Below, piece after piece: positions 52,401-61,244 of a stretch of 64,000 nt of DNA. Position 1 is the stretch's first letter. Every line of letters starts with the position of its first letter. A model generated the notes under the pieces. That model was not told the origin of the DNA. It made no database searches and saw only the letters and a program-made list of their open reading frames with translations. A program made the translations under genes and the position numbers. Origin of the DNA: an uncultured virus (IMG/VR IMGVR_UViG_3300002835_000040) (taxonomy: Duplodnaviria; Heunggongvirae; Uroviricota; Caudoviricetes). The DNA lies in the IMG/VR virus record IMGVR_UViG_3300002835_000040; one strand, written 5' to 3'.

Positions 52401-52518
52401 CTAATTCTTCTTGAGCAATATTTCTATCCCCTACCTGTCCATTAGGTAAATCAACTTTATTAGGGTTAACTACAAAAATGTTTTGATAGTCATTTTCAAT
52501 ATGTATATTATCTGCCAT
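46438..52518 (-). CDS. Giant baseplate hub-like protein (gp27/gpD-type termini with large insertions)
   Basis: 2026 aa. N-terminal LGITQISY..FTINLEDVRG and C-proximal GNVMIQP..GGTYLITSVSHSISSGNFETTFTG resemble hub proteins. Follows the LysM/gp53-like gene. Confidence 0.55.
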   Translation of the reverse strand: MADNIHIENDYQNIFVVNPNKVDLPNGQVGDRNIAQEELVMYANLECNLQPRSKLIVGGNNNSQLRTIGLGKINFLKPTGNDYLTTNWTELQSKDLTQQEINGELLGITQISYKANQAYIAEFTINLEDVRGRALFESGNDSIYSAFFNLPYPVFYLTLKGWYGKAIRYQLFLTKFHGAFNSGTGNFEITLSLTAYNFTVLKDIFMTDLYAVPQMYQTDVINNYNSGTLVNNNVTQDFKKSTTFLGYNKIVEVYKKYKSKGLLDKNFPELTIQSLITRLENFINTSLEELGQVSLNPLTDYEKYLKTLEQLNSEIYLYSDSWFNKNLDLSKPFVVKEDTNNFNVYTYLSAGTADITYFSKVYTELTTIIENKVAILNKNQTFGDTGGLYSIPIKKEDIVNSLIPFLDTNNFDIDKTAIKRYGGTTFTDVQRDELKLEIDILVYSDTSFPFIFSVESKNGFSAYIQKITKKLNSYKEELETKLSEQLGELLQSSKGIGFQPTIRNIIGVIMASAEAYLLLLEDVHTKAFNQRESKKRQQSIGGFDKKENEVAPIVYPWPQYLVGKTIDGVEKLEIQYPGDPNYINQTGANDYEAWPEVEFVEEYVKGFIMRDIPATTPQPQEDTNVILRNLISGFDTIPSNIPYSVLEMPNFFFEIMERLQLIVTLNGFSGDLGFNNVLLFLSQTEFANMNESLRYDNGEIINILKYGPYRTITTFNDLLSTFPVSYAKYSNGFLTTQYLIDRVNNSFKILNKDLPEQSQLVGANLTTLVSDTLKNVTYATNSLDIYPFVDLTWCQNNLENGVILNKYLIYSTESSLFYNTYNKKIANYDVNEAIGPLGYNGSLPNLPIVDLKITSNKIISSEVNLNTFYTNRTVDKYIFTEGKITCTNSQLTQSQTTSILNTPYFINAIQEGIENERSGSDHPYISASYLFLNSLPLTTTRERYVFNDLANILAGGVTKKQDFVSTTLKKYSGIHALPLPWIAKLGSIWYRYKNWKENGVDILSNVWNNFDYANNYDPVNGQVNTPYIIQNNTIVLQQDEPSSQGFTLGFYPKLINDFYYLVNGVNLFLSADTTIDIQNKINDAITSKNIWILDSSGTTVGFDIVTTPGSTKMVKISSLSVLVKDIQANKYVITPSFGIYDTETSATSNQLVAEMIDNSSGLPFVRNSLINNNSMYNGSVRLLWGGPNYGYFDTTQFIINPPDKYLKRIYIGSIAIQTPFELFAEDEYDSIEEIFSVFSKDELDMIESVFLNYAKSPNKDTEKEKFYNVIKNILTTDKNPDNSTVANINLIRENQITQQSIILNSHISYNKLISIGNPKKYDKRIFSSVSSNPLLNTIPPGGYINNSLPTSGGTITLADSQLLYPEAWKTLELYVGFSTISQLIYSDDGSFITDFFPTMNIEFTSSNIIYYQNVIKVFATKKLQQYTNGVFDSTSFKTTIDSILTTFDSELSSLFNQTFIQISKSLPSVQKINPYSTQQSNIDGLQSKVEKYEKFKAMNDTWIAGHNYNSETLFEDFLFLDRANRDIGDKIYVDVFKVKDLLKTIDGPVNAIIDSILIQHHFTPFIIPGYINFYGINDPSIDCEPPSGEPVSFANSLFGTFTNVDYQQTKTKYVCMYVDQASKQLENPDTANGYNNDGFDLKRAAQQPLVDSSTGNKVCGLSNKVVGFSVDFGLQNQSIFKNVSVSQDLGKPTSESLYREFEMANLANGTTTSTQNVSLYNLYKLRSYEASVNSFGNVMIQPSMYFILRNMPLFGGTYLITSVSHSISSGNFETTFTGTRMSVFTLPTVDQLLQTIKRELLQNIVQQSKTSQNTISPLPNRTQTEISAIAIENINNQANPSTANCEPSGATFSEYVLTSTTTTTLTYSEIVAYINEYVSDNERKKLIYTLILLENDSGTGLKVYNNNLANIPVSTDIIGGTNKQYIVDKLYICLEINSVSQPYFVFNTPENSVKLLNSRFGRLFKNEVLNFANSVEYAKEFAKCYLKYFPYQTDIDYDKFKETNKTELDKLQDTIKKYFDTELNSL

Positions 52519-52831
52519 AATAGAAGAACTGTTGCTCTAATGCACCTTTATAATCTAATAAGGAATTAATTAAAGGGAATGGTATCGTTAAAACGGCATT
52601 ATTTGGAATATTAATTTCGGAACCACCATATTTACCATTTGCTTGTAAAATTAACCATCCAAAAAAAGGTGTCCCATAATACAATTGTGATATCTTATCT
52701 AATCTTGATTGTCCAATAATATATATGTGTTTTTTATCGGTTGATTTAGATTGTAAATTAACATATGGTACAACTGTTTGCTGACCATTAACTATAAATC
52801 CATCATATCTATTATAATATTGTAACGCCAT
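52508..52831 (-). CDS. LysM / gp53-like baseplate protein
   Basis: SRLDKISQLYYGTPFFGWLILQAN...IPNNAVLTIP. Confidence 0.8.
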   Translation of the reverse strand: MALQYYNRYDGFIVNGQQTVVPYVNLQSKSTDKKHIYIIGQSRLDKISQLYYGTPFFGWLILQANGKYGGSEINIPNNAVLTIPFPLINSLLDYKGALEQQFFYYGR

Positions 52832-55800
52832 TAGTTGAATTGTTTTTTACCAATAAAAAATTGTTTATCGTTATTAGAATTAACCGTAGAAAATAATTCT
52901 CGTAAAAAATCTAGTTCAGTATAAATAACCCCATTGGTGTCATAATTAAATATTCTGTCAACACCTTTAACTGAATTCCCCCCGTTTGTTGGGTTAAACT
53001 CCAAATATGGTTTCATCTCGGGACCTTTTTTAAATTCATCAAAACTTTCCACAGTTGCGGTATTCCAACTATTTAAAATACTAGTTATTTCTTCTGTTGA
53101 TTGGATTACAGTAGTTCTTACTTCACCTGAAGTACTCGGTATTAGATTAGTAATTAGAGCGTCAATAAATTGTTGATTTTTTGTACTATCTTTTAAATCA
53201 TCATAAAATAACGTAAATAAAAGATTGTTTGAATTTGCGGTAATCCCTTGAAAACCTCCAGCGGCTAAAGTCGTAAACTGAAAATATGGTGCTCCGCTAT
53301 TACTCGGTAAAAATTCTTTTGATGATAGTAAATTATAAAAATTTGTAATCCCTGAAGAAACTATTGCGTAGTCATCACTAAATTTACTGTCGATACTAAT
53401 TTTATAACCTTTTGGTTCACCGTTAGTTAATATTTTCCCATCCAATTCAAGTCCGATAACCGTATTTAATTTAAGAATATTTTGTATATATTCAGCTTGT
53501 TTATTAGCGAAAACCTGAGCGTCAGAATTAACATTTAAAAAAGAGTTATTGATTTTAGTATCAATTAAACTTTTATAATTATCCTTTACTCTTTTAACAT
53601 CAAGAACACCTAATCCCGGTTTGTCAATTAAGGCTTTAATAATAAATTCACTTCCATCATCAATATCGGATTTTAATTGGGTAGCAACTTTATTTAAATT
53701 TTCACTAGTACTACTTGGTTTACCATAAATTTTAGCGGCGTTTATTGTATTACCTGAAAGATTAATATCTCCAATAATATAGTTTCTATCAAATGTCATT
53801 TGAGCGTAAATTCCAAAATTATAATTATTTATTGAACTTTCAATAAAATTTAAAGTTGTTAAAAAATAATCTTGTGTTTGAGTAATATAGTTATCAAAGA
53901 AATTTTTATACTGAATAGTACCTGTTTGAGTATCACCAGATGGAATTGTTGTTAAAATATCCCCAATTGTTTTAGTTGCTGAAGGTATATTTTGAATATC
54001 ATTGAATGTTGCCAACGGTTCCGCTAAAGTAATTGCCGTAAATAAAGCGTCATCCAATGCTGTAGTATCTTCAGTTGCTTCAGCCCTTTCATCATACATT
54101 TCAGTATTTGCATAGTAATTAAATGAAAGAGCATTTTGTAATTTATCAATAGGTCCTTTTAATCCACTACCCCCAATAAATTTAAGACTCATAGTTATTT
54201 TTGCAATCATTGGTTGTAATCCAATACCTTCAGGATTAATATCTAAATTTTCATATTGTATTTGTATCGTTTCAGGAATTGCCTTTGTATTATAGAAATC
54301 ACCAACTCTAATAACTAATACAGGTGGAGTACCAAAATTAGTGTTAAACGTTGATGTTGATGTATCTTGTTCACCTTGCTCATTAATAACAGGTATTGTA
54401 TTACCGGGTCTTGCACACTGTTGTATAAAAGTTAATCGACTATTTAATCCTTCAGGAGTAATAGCATGAAATGCTGGTTGAAATAATTTTATTTTATCAG
54501 TAATTGATGTATATGCAAATGGGTCAGTTTGTTTTAAAACTTCAAAATAATCACATTCATTTAAAAGTTTTGTTCTTAATAATCTTTTACTTAAATTCTT
54601 TTTTTGAATATCTACAGGAGATGGTGGTTTTGGTAATCCGTTAATTGCGGTTTGATTTGCAATGTTTTCAGAATTAGTACTTGAACCGGCGTTTGCGTTT
54701 GACGGATTTTTAGGTGTTACATTAATACTTTTAAAACTTACATATCTTGAACACATTGCAACAACACTATAAGTTTCAGCATCTCCGTTTAAATCAACAT
54801 TACAATCAACAAATGTTGGCATTCCACTATTGTCTTTAGTTTCAGCATTTGTTAAAAGTAAATTTGAATAAATAAATTTAACTGCCTCACTTTGGATATA
54901 CTTACCTAAAGATTCGTTATCTTCAGTTAAATTAGAGAAAAATAATTTTAAAGAGTCAATATACGCTTTGTTATTTGATTCACTTGAATTATCCCCAATA
55001 CCTGGAAATTTAACTCCATTCATTTCTATAACAACTTCACAATTTTGTGATGTTACCGCTTTTAATATTTCACTTCTTAATAGTACTAATTTATCATAGT
55101 TTTGAGTTATTACTGGAAATAAAAGTGAAGTACCACTTGTATAAACATACCCACTGTAAATTGGTTTTTGGAGCATATACTGATTATAAAGTGTTTCATA
55201 ATCAGTACTTGAAGCGGTATCGGTATCTATTTCCGGAAAAAACGCACCATATCCTTGATATGTAGAGAAATTTGGTAAATCTTTGGCAACTGAATCACCT
55301 TCTTTTAAATCTGAATTAATTAACGTTGCTTGTTCTGCTGAAGTTTGATTACTTGAGAGAACACTTTCTTGTAATTCTTTAAGGGTATTTAAATCTAATG
55401 TCGCAAATTTTGCCGCTAATGTATATAAATCAAATTTAGCGGCTCCTGCAAAAAATGATTCAATAACCGAATCTTTCTTTTCAGTTAAATCATTCTGTAA
55501 TTCTTTTTTAGCAATCAAATTTAAAACAGAAGGGTGGTCTACAATAATTGAAAATGATAACGAACCGCTCCTACTCGTTTCTTTATATGTGTAAATTGGT
55601 TCAGGTCTACCTAAAAATGATGTTCCGTCAAAATTAGGAGAAACAGTTTCACCAAATGTTAAATCATATGGTGGAAACCACATTATTCTACCTCCATTAG
55701 GTCCTTTTTCACATCCAGGCAAATCATTAAACAAGGCACTTCCTTTCCAAGCTAAATTTTCAATTGAAAACATGTATTTCTTAACTTGTCCTCCAATAAT

Positions 55801-57561
55801 ATTTGTTGACCCTTGTCCTTTCCACGGTGCAATATTTAAATTATATGTAGAATCAAGAACAGAATTACTAAACTTTCTTATGTTACCATTAGTTTCACTA
55901 CCACTTGTATTTGCAACCGTACTTTGTAAATCTTGGTACAACTGATATGGTTTATCTTTGGTAAATAATCTTCCATATTCTTTACCTACTAATTTACCGT
56001 TAGTATTTTCGTATCTAATAACTTTAGAACCTTTTGTTAATTCTTTATATCCATCATTAAAAACTTTTGACATTTGATTAATTGCGTTACCGGCATGTAA
56101 TCTTCTGGCTAATCCACTGGTAGGTGCCGAATCAATTAATCTTTGAGTATTATCTAATATTGAACCTCGTTTAAACTCATAATTTAAAGATGATGAATAT
56201 CTATCACTTAGATTAAATGCAGTGTTATTACTAAAATCAACACCAAATGATTCACCTTCAGGTCCAAATAAATCACCAAAGTCTTCATCACCTGTTCTTG
56301 TCCAAACAAATCCTCCAACAAGAGTATTATTATCATTTAAACCAAAAGCAAAGTTTTGGTCACCTTCATATAACTTACCAACAGCATCAGGACCTAATAC
56401 AACTGCACCAGTTGGTTCTCCGTACCCATTATCAGGTGTTTGACCTGCGGGTGATGTTGTGTATTTTAATTCGTCTTTACCTCCAACATATAGATTACCA
56501 CTATCATCTTGAGAATTTCTTCTCCCAATATCACCAAATATGTTATTTAACACCTGACCAGCTCTTGTGATATTTCTATCATAGTTTGGACTATATCGGT
56601 TATATTCTAAATTAGCAAATAAAATTGATTTTTGGCCACCACCAGTATTTGCTAAAAATTTTACTGAAGCACTACCGTCATTATTACTTAATCTTTGAAC
56701 ATATCTACCAAGACCTGTTTTAGGTTGTCTTGGTGAAAAGTTAAAGTAATCTCCTTCAATTGGTGAAAATGGTAAATAGGCACCTGTTATTCTTTGTCCT
56801 AAATCAGCCGTAAAATCTAAAACCCCATCAGGAACTGTAATATGATAATCTAAATAACTTAATTGAATTTGATTAGACGCAAGTAAACTTGATTGTAAAG
56901 GATTACTATTAATTGATAAGTTATTAGCAACACTTGTTTGTTGTAGTTCTTGAGCAATTCTATATTGAAACGCTTTTCTTAATTCAAGAACGGATATTTG
57001 TAATAAGTATGAATCTTGTTGTACTAAACTATCACCACCAAAAATCAAATCAGCTAATGAATAATTCCCAACAACAAATGGTAAATTTAATGGATTGTAA
57101 TCAGTGGTACCTCCATTTTTTGCTAAAATTTTTGTATCTGCAAAAAATAACCCTTCATAACCACCGTTGGGAATAAATTTATTACTAACTTCCGCCAAGT
57201 TAATCCATTGTTCATTAATCAAATCCATATTGGTATCGTTTTGTAACGGCCAATATTCTAATTGATTAGTTGAATTTTCATTTACCTGTCCTGTTGTCTT
57301 ATTAATAAAACCTGAAGCGTCTTGGAAACCTCCTGTAGGACCGTATTGATTTGGTATAATTTCTTGTTGAGCTTCAGTAAAAATTTCATTATTAACATTT
57401 GGTGAGTCAATAACTGAGTTGTCAGCAACATTTACCTCATAATATGGGTTAGAAATTGAAGATTGGAAAGCCCCCTCAACATTGTATGGTTTTAGGTTTC
57501 TTGTGACAAGACGATTCCTAAAAAACTCTGAACTTGAATAATCTAAAGCGCTTTCACTCAT
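52831..57561 (-). CDS. Large tail/baseplate protein containing a tube-initiator-like (gp48/gp54-type) domain
   Basis: 1576 aa. FPPYDLTFGETVSPNFDGTSFLGRPEPIYTYKETSRSGSLSF and PPVLVIRVGDFY..QPMIAKITMSLKFIG. Position between tape measure and LysM genes. Confidence 0.55.
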   Translation of the reverse strand: MSESALDYSSSEFFRNRLVTRNLKPYNVEGAFQSSISNPYYEVNVADNSVIDSPNVNNEIFTEAQQEIIPNQYGPTGGFQDASGFINKTTGQVNENSTNQLEYWPLQNDTNMDLINEQWINLAEVSNKFIPNGGYEGLFFADTKILAKNGGTTDYNPLNLPFVVGNYSLADLIFGGDSLVQQDSYLLQISVLELRKAFQYRIAQELQQTSVANNLSINSNPLQSSLLASNQIQLSYLDYHITVPDGVLDFTADLGQRITGAYLPFSPIEGDYFNFSPRQPKTGLGRYVQRLSNNDGSASVKFLANTGGGQKSILFANLEYNRYSPNYDRNITRAGQVLNNIFGDIGRRNSQDDSGNLYVGGKDELKYTTSPAGQTPDNGYGEPTGAVVLGPDAVGKLYEGDQNFAFGLNDNNTLVGGFVWTRTGDEDFGDLFGPEGESFGVDFSNNTAFNLSDRYSSSLNYEFKRGSILDNTQRLIDSAPTSGLARRLHAGNAINQMSKVFNDGYKELTKGSKVIRYENTNGKLVGKEYGRLFTKDKPYQLYQDLQSTVANTSGSETNGNIRKFSNSVLDSTYNLNIAPWKGQGSTNIIGGQVKKYMFSIENLAWKGSALFNDLPGCEKGPNGGRIMWFPPYDLTFGETVSPNFDGTSFLGRPEPIYTYKETSRSGSLSFSIIVDHPSVLNLIAKKELQNDLTEKKDSVIESFFAGAAKFDLYTLAAKFATLDLNTLKELQESVLSSNQTSAEQATLINSDLKEGDSVAKDLPNFSTYQGYGAFFPEIDTDTASSTDYETLYNQYMLQKPIYSGYVYTSGTSLLFPVITQNYDKLVLLRSEILKAVTSQNCEVVIEMNGVKFPGIGDNSSESNNKAYIDSLKLFFSNLTEDNESLGKYIQSEAVKFIYSNLLLTNAETKDNSGMPTFVDCNVDLNGDAETYSVVAMCSRYVSFKSINVTPKNPSNANAGSSTNSENIANQTAINGLPKPPSPVDIQKKNLSKRLLRTKLLNECDYFEVLKQTDPFAYTSITDKIKLFQPAFHAITPEGLNSRLTFIQQCARPGNTIPVINEQGEQDTSTSTFNTNFGTPPVLVIRVGDFYNTKAIPETIQIQYENLDINPEGIGLQPMIAKITMSLKFIGGSGLKGPIDKLQNALSFNYYANTEMYDERAEATEDTTALDDALFTAITLAEPLATFNDIQNIPSATKTIGDILTTIPSGDTQTGTIQYKNFFDNYITQTQDYFLTTLNFIESSINNYNFGIYAQMTFDRNYIIGDINLSGNTINAAKIYGKPSSTSENLNKVATQLKSDIDDGSEFIIKALIDKPGLGVLDVKRVKDNYKSLIDTKINNSFLNVNSDAQVFANKQAEYIQNILKLNTVIGLELDGKILTNGEPKGYKISIDSKFSDDYAIVSSGITNFYNLLSSKEFLPSNSGAPYFQFTTLAAGGFQGITANSNNLLFTLFYDDLKDSTKNQQFIDALITNLIPSTSGEVRTTVIQSTEEITSILNSWNTATVESFDEFKKGPEMKPYLEFNPTNGGNSVKGVDRIFNYDTNGVIYTELDFLRELFSTVNSNNDKQFFIGKKQFN

Positions 57562-57601
57562 TGGGTGATTTTATTAATAAATAGAATGACTTGGTATTTT
57601 T

Positions 57602-59629
57602 TTATTTTTTAGATGTCATTCCACCTGAAGTTTTTGTATTGTCAAAATGTTTAACAATATATTGCATCAAGGTTGGATTCTTAGGTAGTTCCTCAACTAA
57701 CATGTCACTTAGTTTATTTCTTGGTGTATCAACAGATACTTTAAAATTAACTGTATGAACAACTTCTTGTTTTTGTGGTTGAGACTGAGGTTGAGTTTGT
57801 GTATTTGTTGACATCATTGCTGCGTTCATAGTTTGTCTTTCAATTTTTAAAACGTCCATTAAACCTTTGTTAACACTTTTTTGTAACACATCAGGTAATT
57901 GAGTTGCAGCTAAGAAATAGTCTTTTTCATGAATCTCAATATTACCACTAGGAGTTTTAATAGTATCACCAACTGGTGTATAAAAACCGTCACTCATTCT
58001 TGCTGCGATTTCAGCAATTGTACCAGTAAAATTTATTGTATTAACACTGGCAACATTCATATCTTTAATTTGGTCTCCCTTTTTAGGGTCGAATAACGTA
58101 TCTTTAATTTTTTTCTTTTCTTCTGTTACAAATCCGCTAACACCCGTACCTGCAATAGTACTTATTGTCACCATTTGCTCCATTATTTTTTTAAAGTCCC
58201 CTTGAATCATTGCTGCCAAAAGTTTTGTTGTATTATCTATATTTAAAGCACCACTGTTTAATTTTGATTCAAATACAGAACCAGCTCCAAAATTTTTACC
58301 AATACTATCTGCTGTCTCTTTAAATTCTTTTTTAGCGCCAGATAATAAATCTTGTCCAAGTTTTGACCCTCCAATAGTGTTTGATATTGTATTTGCAATT
58401 TTTTCCTGAGCAGCAACTAATTGACCGTATTCACCTAATTGTCCTTTAGCCATTTCAATTAATTGTTTTGCTGCCGGGTCATCTTTATCAACTATTTTAG
58501 GTTTATTACTTTGTTTAATAATCTCTAAATCTTTTTCTTTAATTTCTGATAATTTTTTAGTTTGTTCAACACCGTCTTTATCAAAATAACTTACTTTATA
58601 TTCTTTTCCACCTCCTGCAACATTTTCTAATTGAGAAAGATTTGCAAGTAATTCTTTGTCTTCTTTTGATGCGTCAAACCCTAATCTCATTTCTGACATT
58701 TTTTTGTTTAAATTAGCTGACGATAAAGCTAATTTTTCAAATTCTGCTCTGTCAATATCAAGGGCGGAAGCGACTTCTCTAAGTTGACTTTTAGCCCCTT
58801 TCATAATTTGAAAGGATTGTGTTTTTTCGTCAAAGTATGTATACTGTTTTGCTAATTTAGCAATTTCCTCTTGAAGTCCTTCAACGTCATTTTGTGCTAA
58901 ATCCATTAATTTTAAAGGGTCGGTTAACGCTGTTGCAGCACCTCCTAACCTTTGTATAGAAGCCGCCACTTCAATTGCCTTTTCGGGACTCATTAAATTT
59001 TCGGCTAAATTAAAAGTTTGAGTCACATCAAATTTTAAGGCCTGAGCCTTTGACGCCATTTTTGCCAAACCTTCAACCCCATTTACAAAACCGTATCTAT
59101 TTAATTTATCTAAATTTCCAGTTACAGTCACAGAAACCGCTTGAGCGTTAACTCCCATTTGACTAGCAACTTCTGAAATCTTAAACATATTCTCCCCAAT
59201 GTGGGCAACCTCCATACCTACATCATAAAACGATTCTTGTAGTTTTTCAGAACCTATTCCTGAAACACTGGACGCCGCGAATAATTCAGCAGCTTGTGAT
59301 TTAAGTAAAACTAAATTTCTTCCACTCGCTTTAAAAAGACCTTCTTGCATGTCAACGGCGTCACTCATTTTACCACCTAAATCAACTATTGAACTATACG
59401 AAGCGTTTAAATTTTGTTTAAGACCTAAACTATTTTCAGTTGTACGTCCCATTGTCTTAGCAAATTTAGCAGCTTCAGCGTCCATTGACTGTATAGTTGT
59501 ACTAAGGGTTTTTAATCCTTCACCCATCTCCTGATATCTGCTTAATCCGGCACTCTTAATCGATTCGCCTAAAAAATCGTCAGCAGTTGGGGTGGTTCCT
59601 CCACCTCCTCCATGTAAGTAATGAAACAT
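57602..59629 (-). CDS. Tail tape measure protein
   Basis: 675 aa, Ala/Leu/Lys/Met-rich helical composition, directly after the tube and chaperone genes. Confidence 0.7.
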   Translation of the reverse strand: MFHYLHGGGGGTTPTADDFLGESIKSAGLSRYQEMGEGLKTLSTTIQSMDAEAAKFAKTMGRTTENSLGLKQNLNASYSSIVDLGGKMSDAVDMQEGLFKASGRNLVLLKSQAAELFAASSVSGIGSEKLQESFYDVGMEVAHIGENMFKISEVASQMGVNAQAVSVTVTGNLDKLNRYGFVNGVEGLAKMASKAQALKFDVTQTFNLAENLMSPEKAIEVAASIQRLGGAATALTDPLKLMDLAQNDVEGLQEEIAKLAKQYTYFDEKTQSFQIMKGAKSQLREVASALDIDRAEFEKLALSSANLNKKMSEMRLGFDASKEDKELLANLSQLENVAGGGKEYKVSYFDKDGVEQTKKLSEIKEKDLEIIKQSNKPKIVDKDDPAAKQLIEMAKGQLGEYGQLVAAQEKIANTISNTIGGSKLGQDLLSGAKKEFKETADSIGKNFGAGSVFESKLNSGALNIDNTTKLLAAMIQGDFKKIMEQMVTISTIAGTGVSGFVTEEKKKIKDTLFDPKKGDQIKDMNVASVNTINFTGTIAEIAARMSDGFYTPVGDTIKTPSGNIEIHEKDYFLAATQLPDVLQKSVNKGLMDVLKIERQTMNAAMMSTNTQTQPQSQPQKQEVVHTVNFKVSVDTPRNKLSDMLVEELPKNPTLMQYIVKHFDNTKTSGGMTSKK

Positions 59630-59658
59630 AATTTAATCTTTATTATATAAATAACCTA

Positions 59659-59820
59659 CTATTCGTTTTTAGGTGTATTAATTTCAATAACCTTATCAAC
59701 CAAATATCTACGGTGATAAGACGGCATTTTCATGAAATCGGAATATGACAGATGTATTTTGGAACCCAATAGATAATATTGGTCCAATAAATTTTTTAAA
59801 TACTCAGAAGAAAGGGCGAA
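59659..59820 (-). CDS. Hidden 53-codon extension of the tail assembly chaperone, in the +1 frame (not in ORF track)
   Basis: FALSSEYLKNLLDQYYLLGSKIHLSYSDFMKMPSYHRRYLVDKVIEINTPKNE-TAG overlaps the chaperone's last codons at TTT TTT CGC and fills the gap before the tape measure gene. Confidence 0.7.
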   Translation of the reverse strand, partial: FALSSEYLKNLLDQYYLLGSKIHLSYSDFMKMPSYHRRYLVDKVIEINTPKNE

Positions 59821-60553
59821 AAAACTCCGCCCCAAAGGTCACACGGGTGAGTACCTTTTTTCCAGATGGGGCTGTTATTTCTCTCACTAAATCCAACTTA
59901 GGTTCGTTTTCTCTAATGAAGTTGTTTATGTATTTTGAATCCATGATTGGCATTTTAGATATAAAATCCGCAATTGCACTTTCTTCTCGGTTACCTTCAA
60001 CCTCAATAATTTGTTTAGTCAACTTCAGAGTTACTGAAGGTGAAACCATACCCTTTGGGTAAGAGTCAATCTGTCGACTAATACTTTGACTTTCTCCGTA
60101 TGTTAAAAATTTAATTTTAATTTCTTTCTTTGTTTTTGGTAAAACTAAAGAAATCAAACCTTCTGAATTAGGTTCAACATCACTTTTTTTGAAATCTAAA
60201 GACTCAAGTGTTATAGTATGTTCAAATTTCTTATCAGTTTCAGGGTCAATTAAAGTAAAATCATAATTAGCACCAAATGAAGTATTTCTTAAAAAAACCA
60301 AAATAGCCTCTAAATCACCCTCTAACATTTCTTCAGGTCTAATATCAGGTTCATATAATTTACTTCTAACTAAATTAGTAATAATTTGGTCACCACTTAA
60401 ATTGTTAACTGAAGCTAAAATGTTTTCATCGGCAGCAGTTAGATATCCAACCTTAACAGATTTTTTCTTATTTTTATAAAATCTACCCTCGCTTGGTAGT
60501 AATACCACGTCGTGTGGAAGGTCTAAATTCATTTGATTTATATTGTCACTCAT
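59804..60553 (-). CDS. Tail/baseplate hub assembly chaperone (T4 gp26/gp51-like)
   Basis: VLLPSEGRFY, YLTAADENIL, GDLEAILVFLRNTSFG, LPKTKKEIKIKFLT, ending EFFRPFF. Lies between the tube and tape measure genes. Confidence 0.75.
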   Translation of the reverse strand: MSDNINQMNLDLPHDVVLLPSEGRFYKNKKKSVKVGYLTAADENILASVNNLSGDQIITNLVRSKLYEPDIRPEEMLEGDLEAILVFLRNTSFGANYDFTLIDPETDKKFEHTITLESLDFKKSDVEPNSEGLISLVLPKTKKEIKIKFLTYGESQSISRQIDSYPKGMVSPSVTLKLTKQIIEVEGNREESAIADFISKMPIMDSKYINNFIRENEPKLDLVREITAPSGKKVLTRVTFGAEFFRPFF

Positions 60554-60596
60554 AGTTTTTTATTATAAAAATACCTTATTTTTATTTATTGTAAAT

Positions 60597-60620
60597 AAAA
60601 AAACCCACTTTCGTGGGTTT
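60597..60620 (-). terminator. Rho-independent terminator after tail tube gene
   Basis: Minus strand AAACCCAC-GAAA-GTGGGTTT-TTTT. Confidence 0.8.
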
Positions 60621-60642
60621 GAATATAAGAAAGTAAATAATA

Positions 60643-61128
60643 TTAATATAATAATATACAGTAGTCAGGTCTTAAAGATGCTTGGATAGTTACCAATCCA
60701 TCTTCAGAGTAAGATAATCCTTGGAAGTCAACTTTTGTAAGGAATGTGTTTTTAAGAACCCACTTTTCAATTACAACACCTGTCGGGTCTAATAGACTTA
60801 AGAAAATATCTCTCTTATAACCTGCAGCGTATCCCATACGTCCTGTTACAGACTCAGCATGTAGACGAACCCATTCCATCAACGCTTGTGATGCTGAAGG
60901 TCCAATTGGGTCACGGAAAGTTACAGAGATTTCTCCCCACTCATACTTACCCGCAACATAAGTTTTAGTATTTAAGAAATCAATCGCAGTAGAGTTAATC
61001 GTTAAAGAAGGTCTACTTGTTGATTCTACATACCATTCGTTAATACCCAAGTCGTTAAAAGACATGATAAACCTATTCTTCCTTTTTGGTTCGTAGGGTA
61101 TCGGCATTTTCATTAATAAATCAGCCAT
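60643..61128 (-). CDS. Tail tube protein (T4 gp19-like)
   Basis: EPKRKNRF, YVAGKYEWGEISVTFRD, LMEW, YKRDIFLSLLDPTGVVIEKWVL. Confidence 0.88.
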   Translation of the reverse strand: MADLLMKMPIPYEPKRKNRFIMSFNDLGINEWYVESTSRPSLTINSTAIDFLNTKTYVAGKYEWGEISVTFRDPIGPSASQALMEWVRLHAESVTGRMGYAAGYKRDIFLSLLDPTGVVIEKWVLKNTFLTKVDFQGLSYSEDGLVTIQASLRPDYCILLY

Positions 61129-61161
61129 ATTATTTTGTTTTAAATTTTTCTTTTATTTTAT

Positions 61162-61169
61162 TATAAATA
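61162..61169 (-). promoter_or_regulatory. TATTTAT(A) motif, putative late promoter (representative copy, upstream of tail tube)
   Basis: The same sense-strand TATTTAT recurs 4-35 nt upstream of at least 11 gene starts (see findings). Confidence 0.55.
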
Positions 61170-61244
61170 GTCCCTATCGAAAATTTTTCTATTTACTTTA
61201 GGTTTTTTTTTATTCAAACTTGCTATAAGTCCAGTTTATAAATA

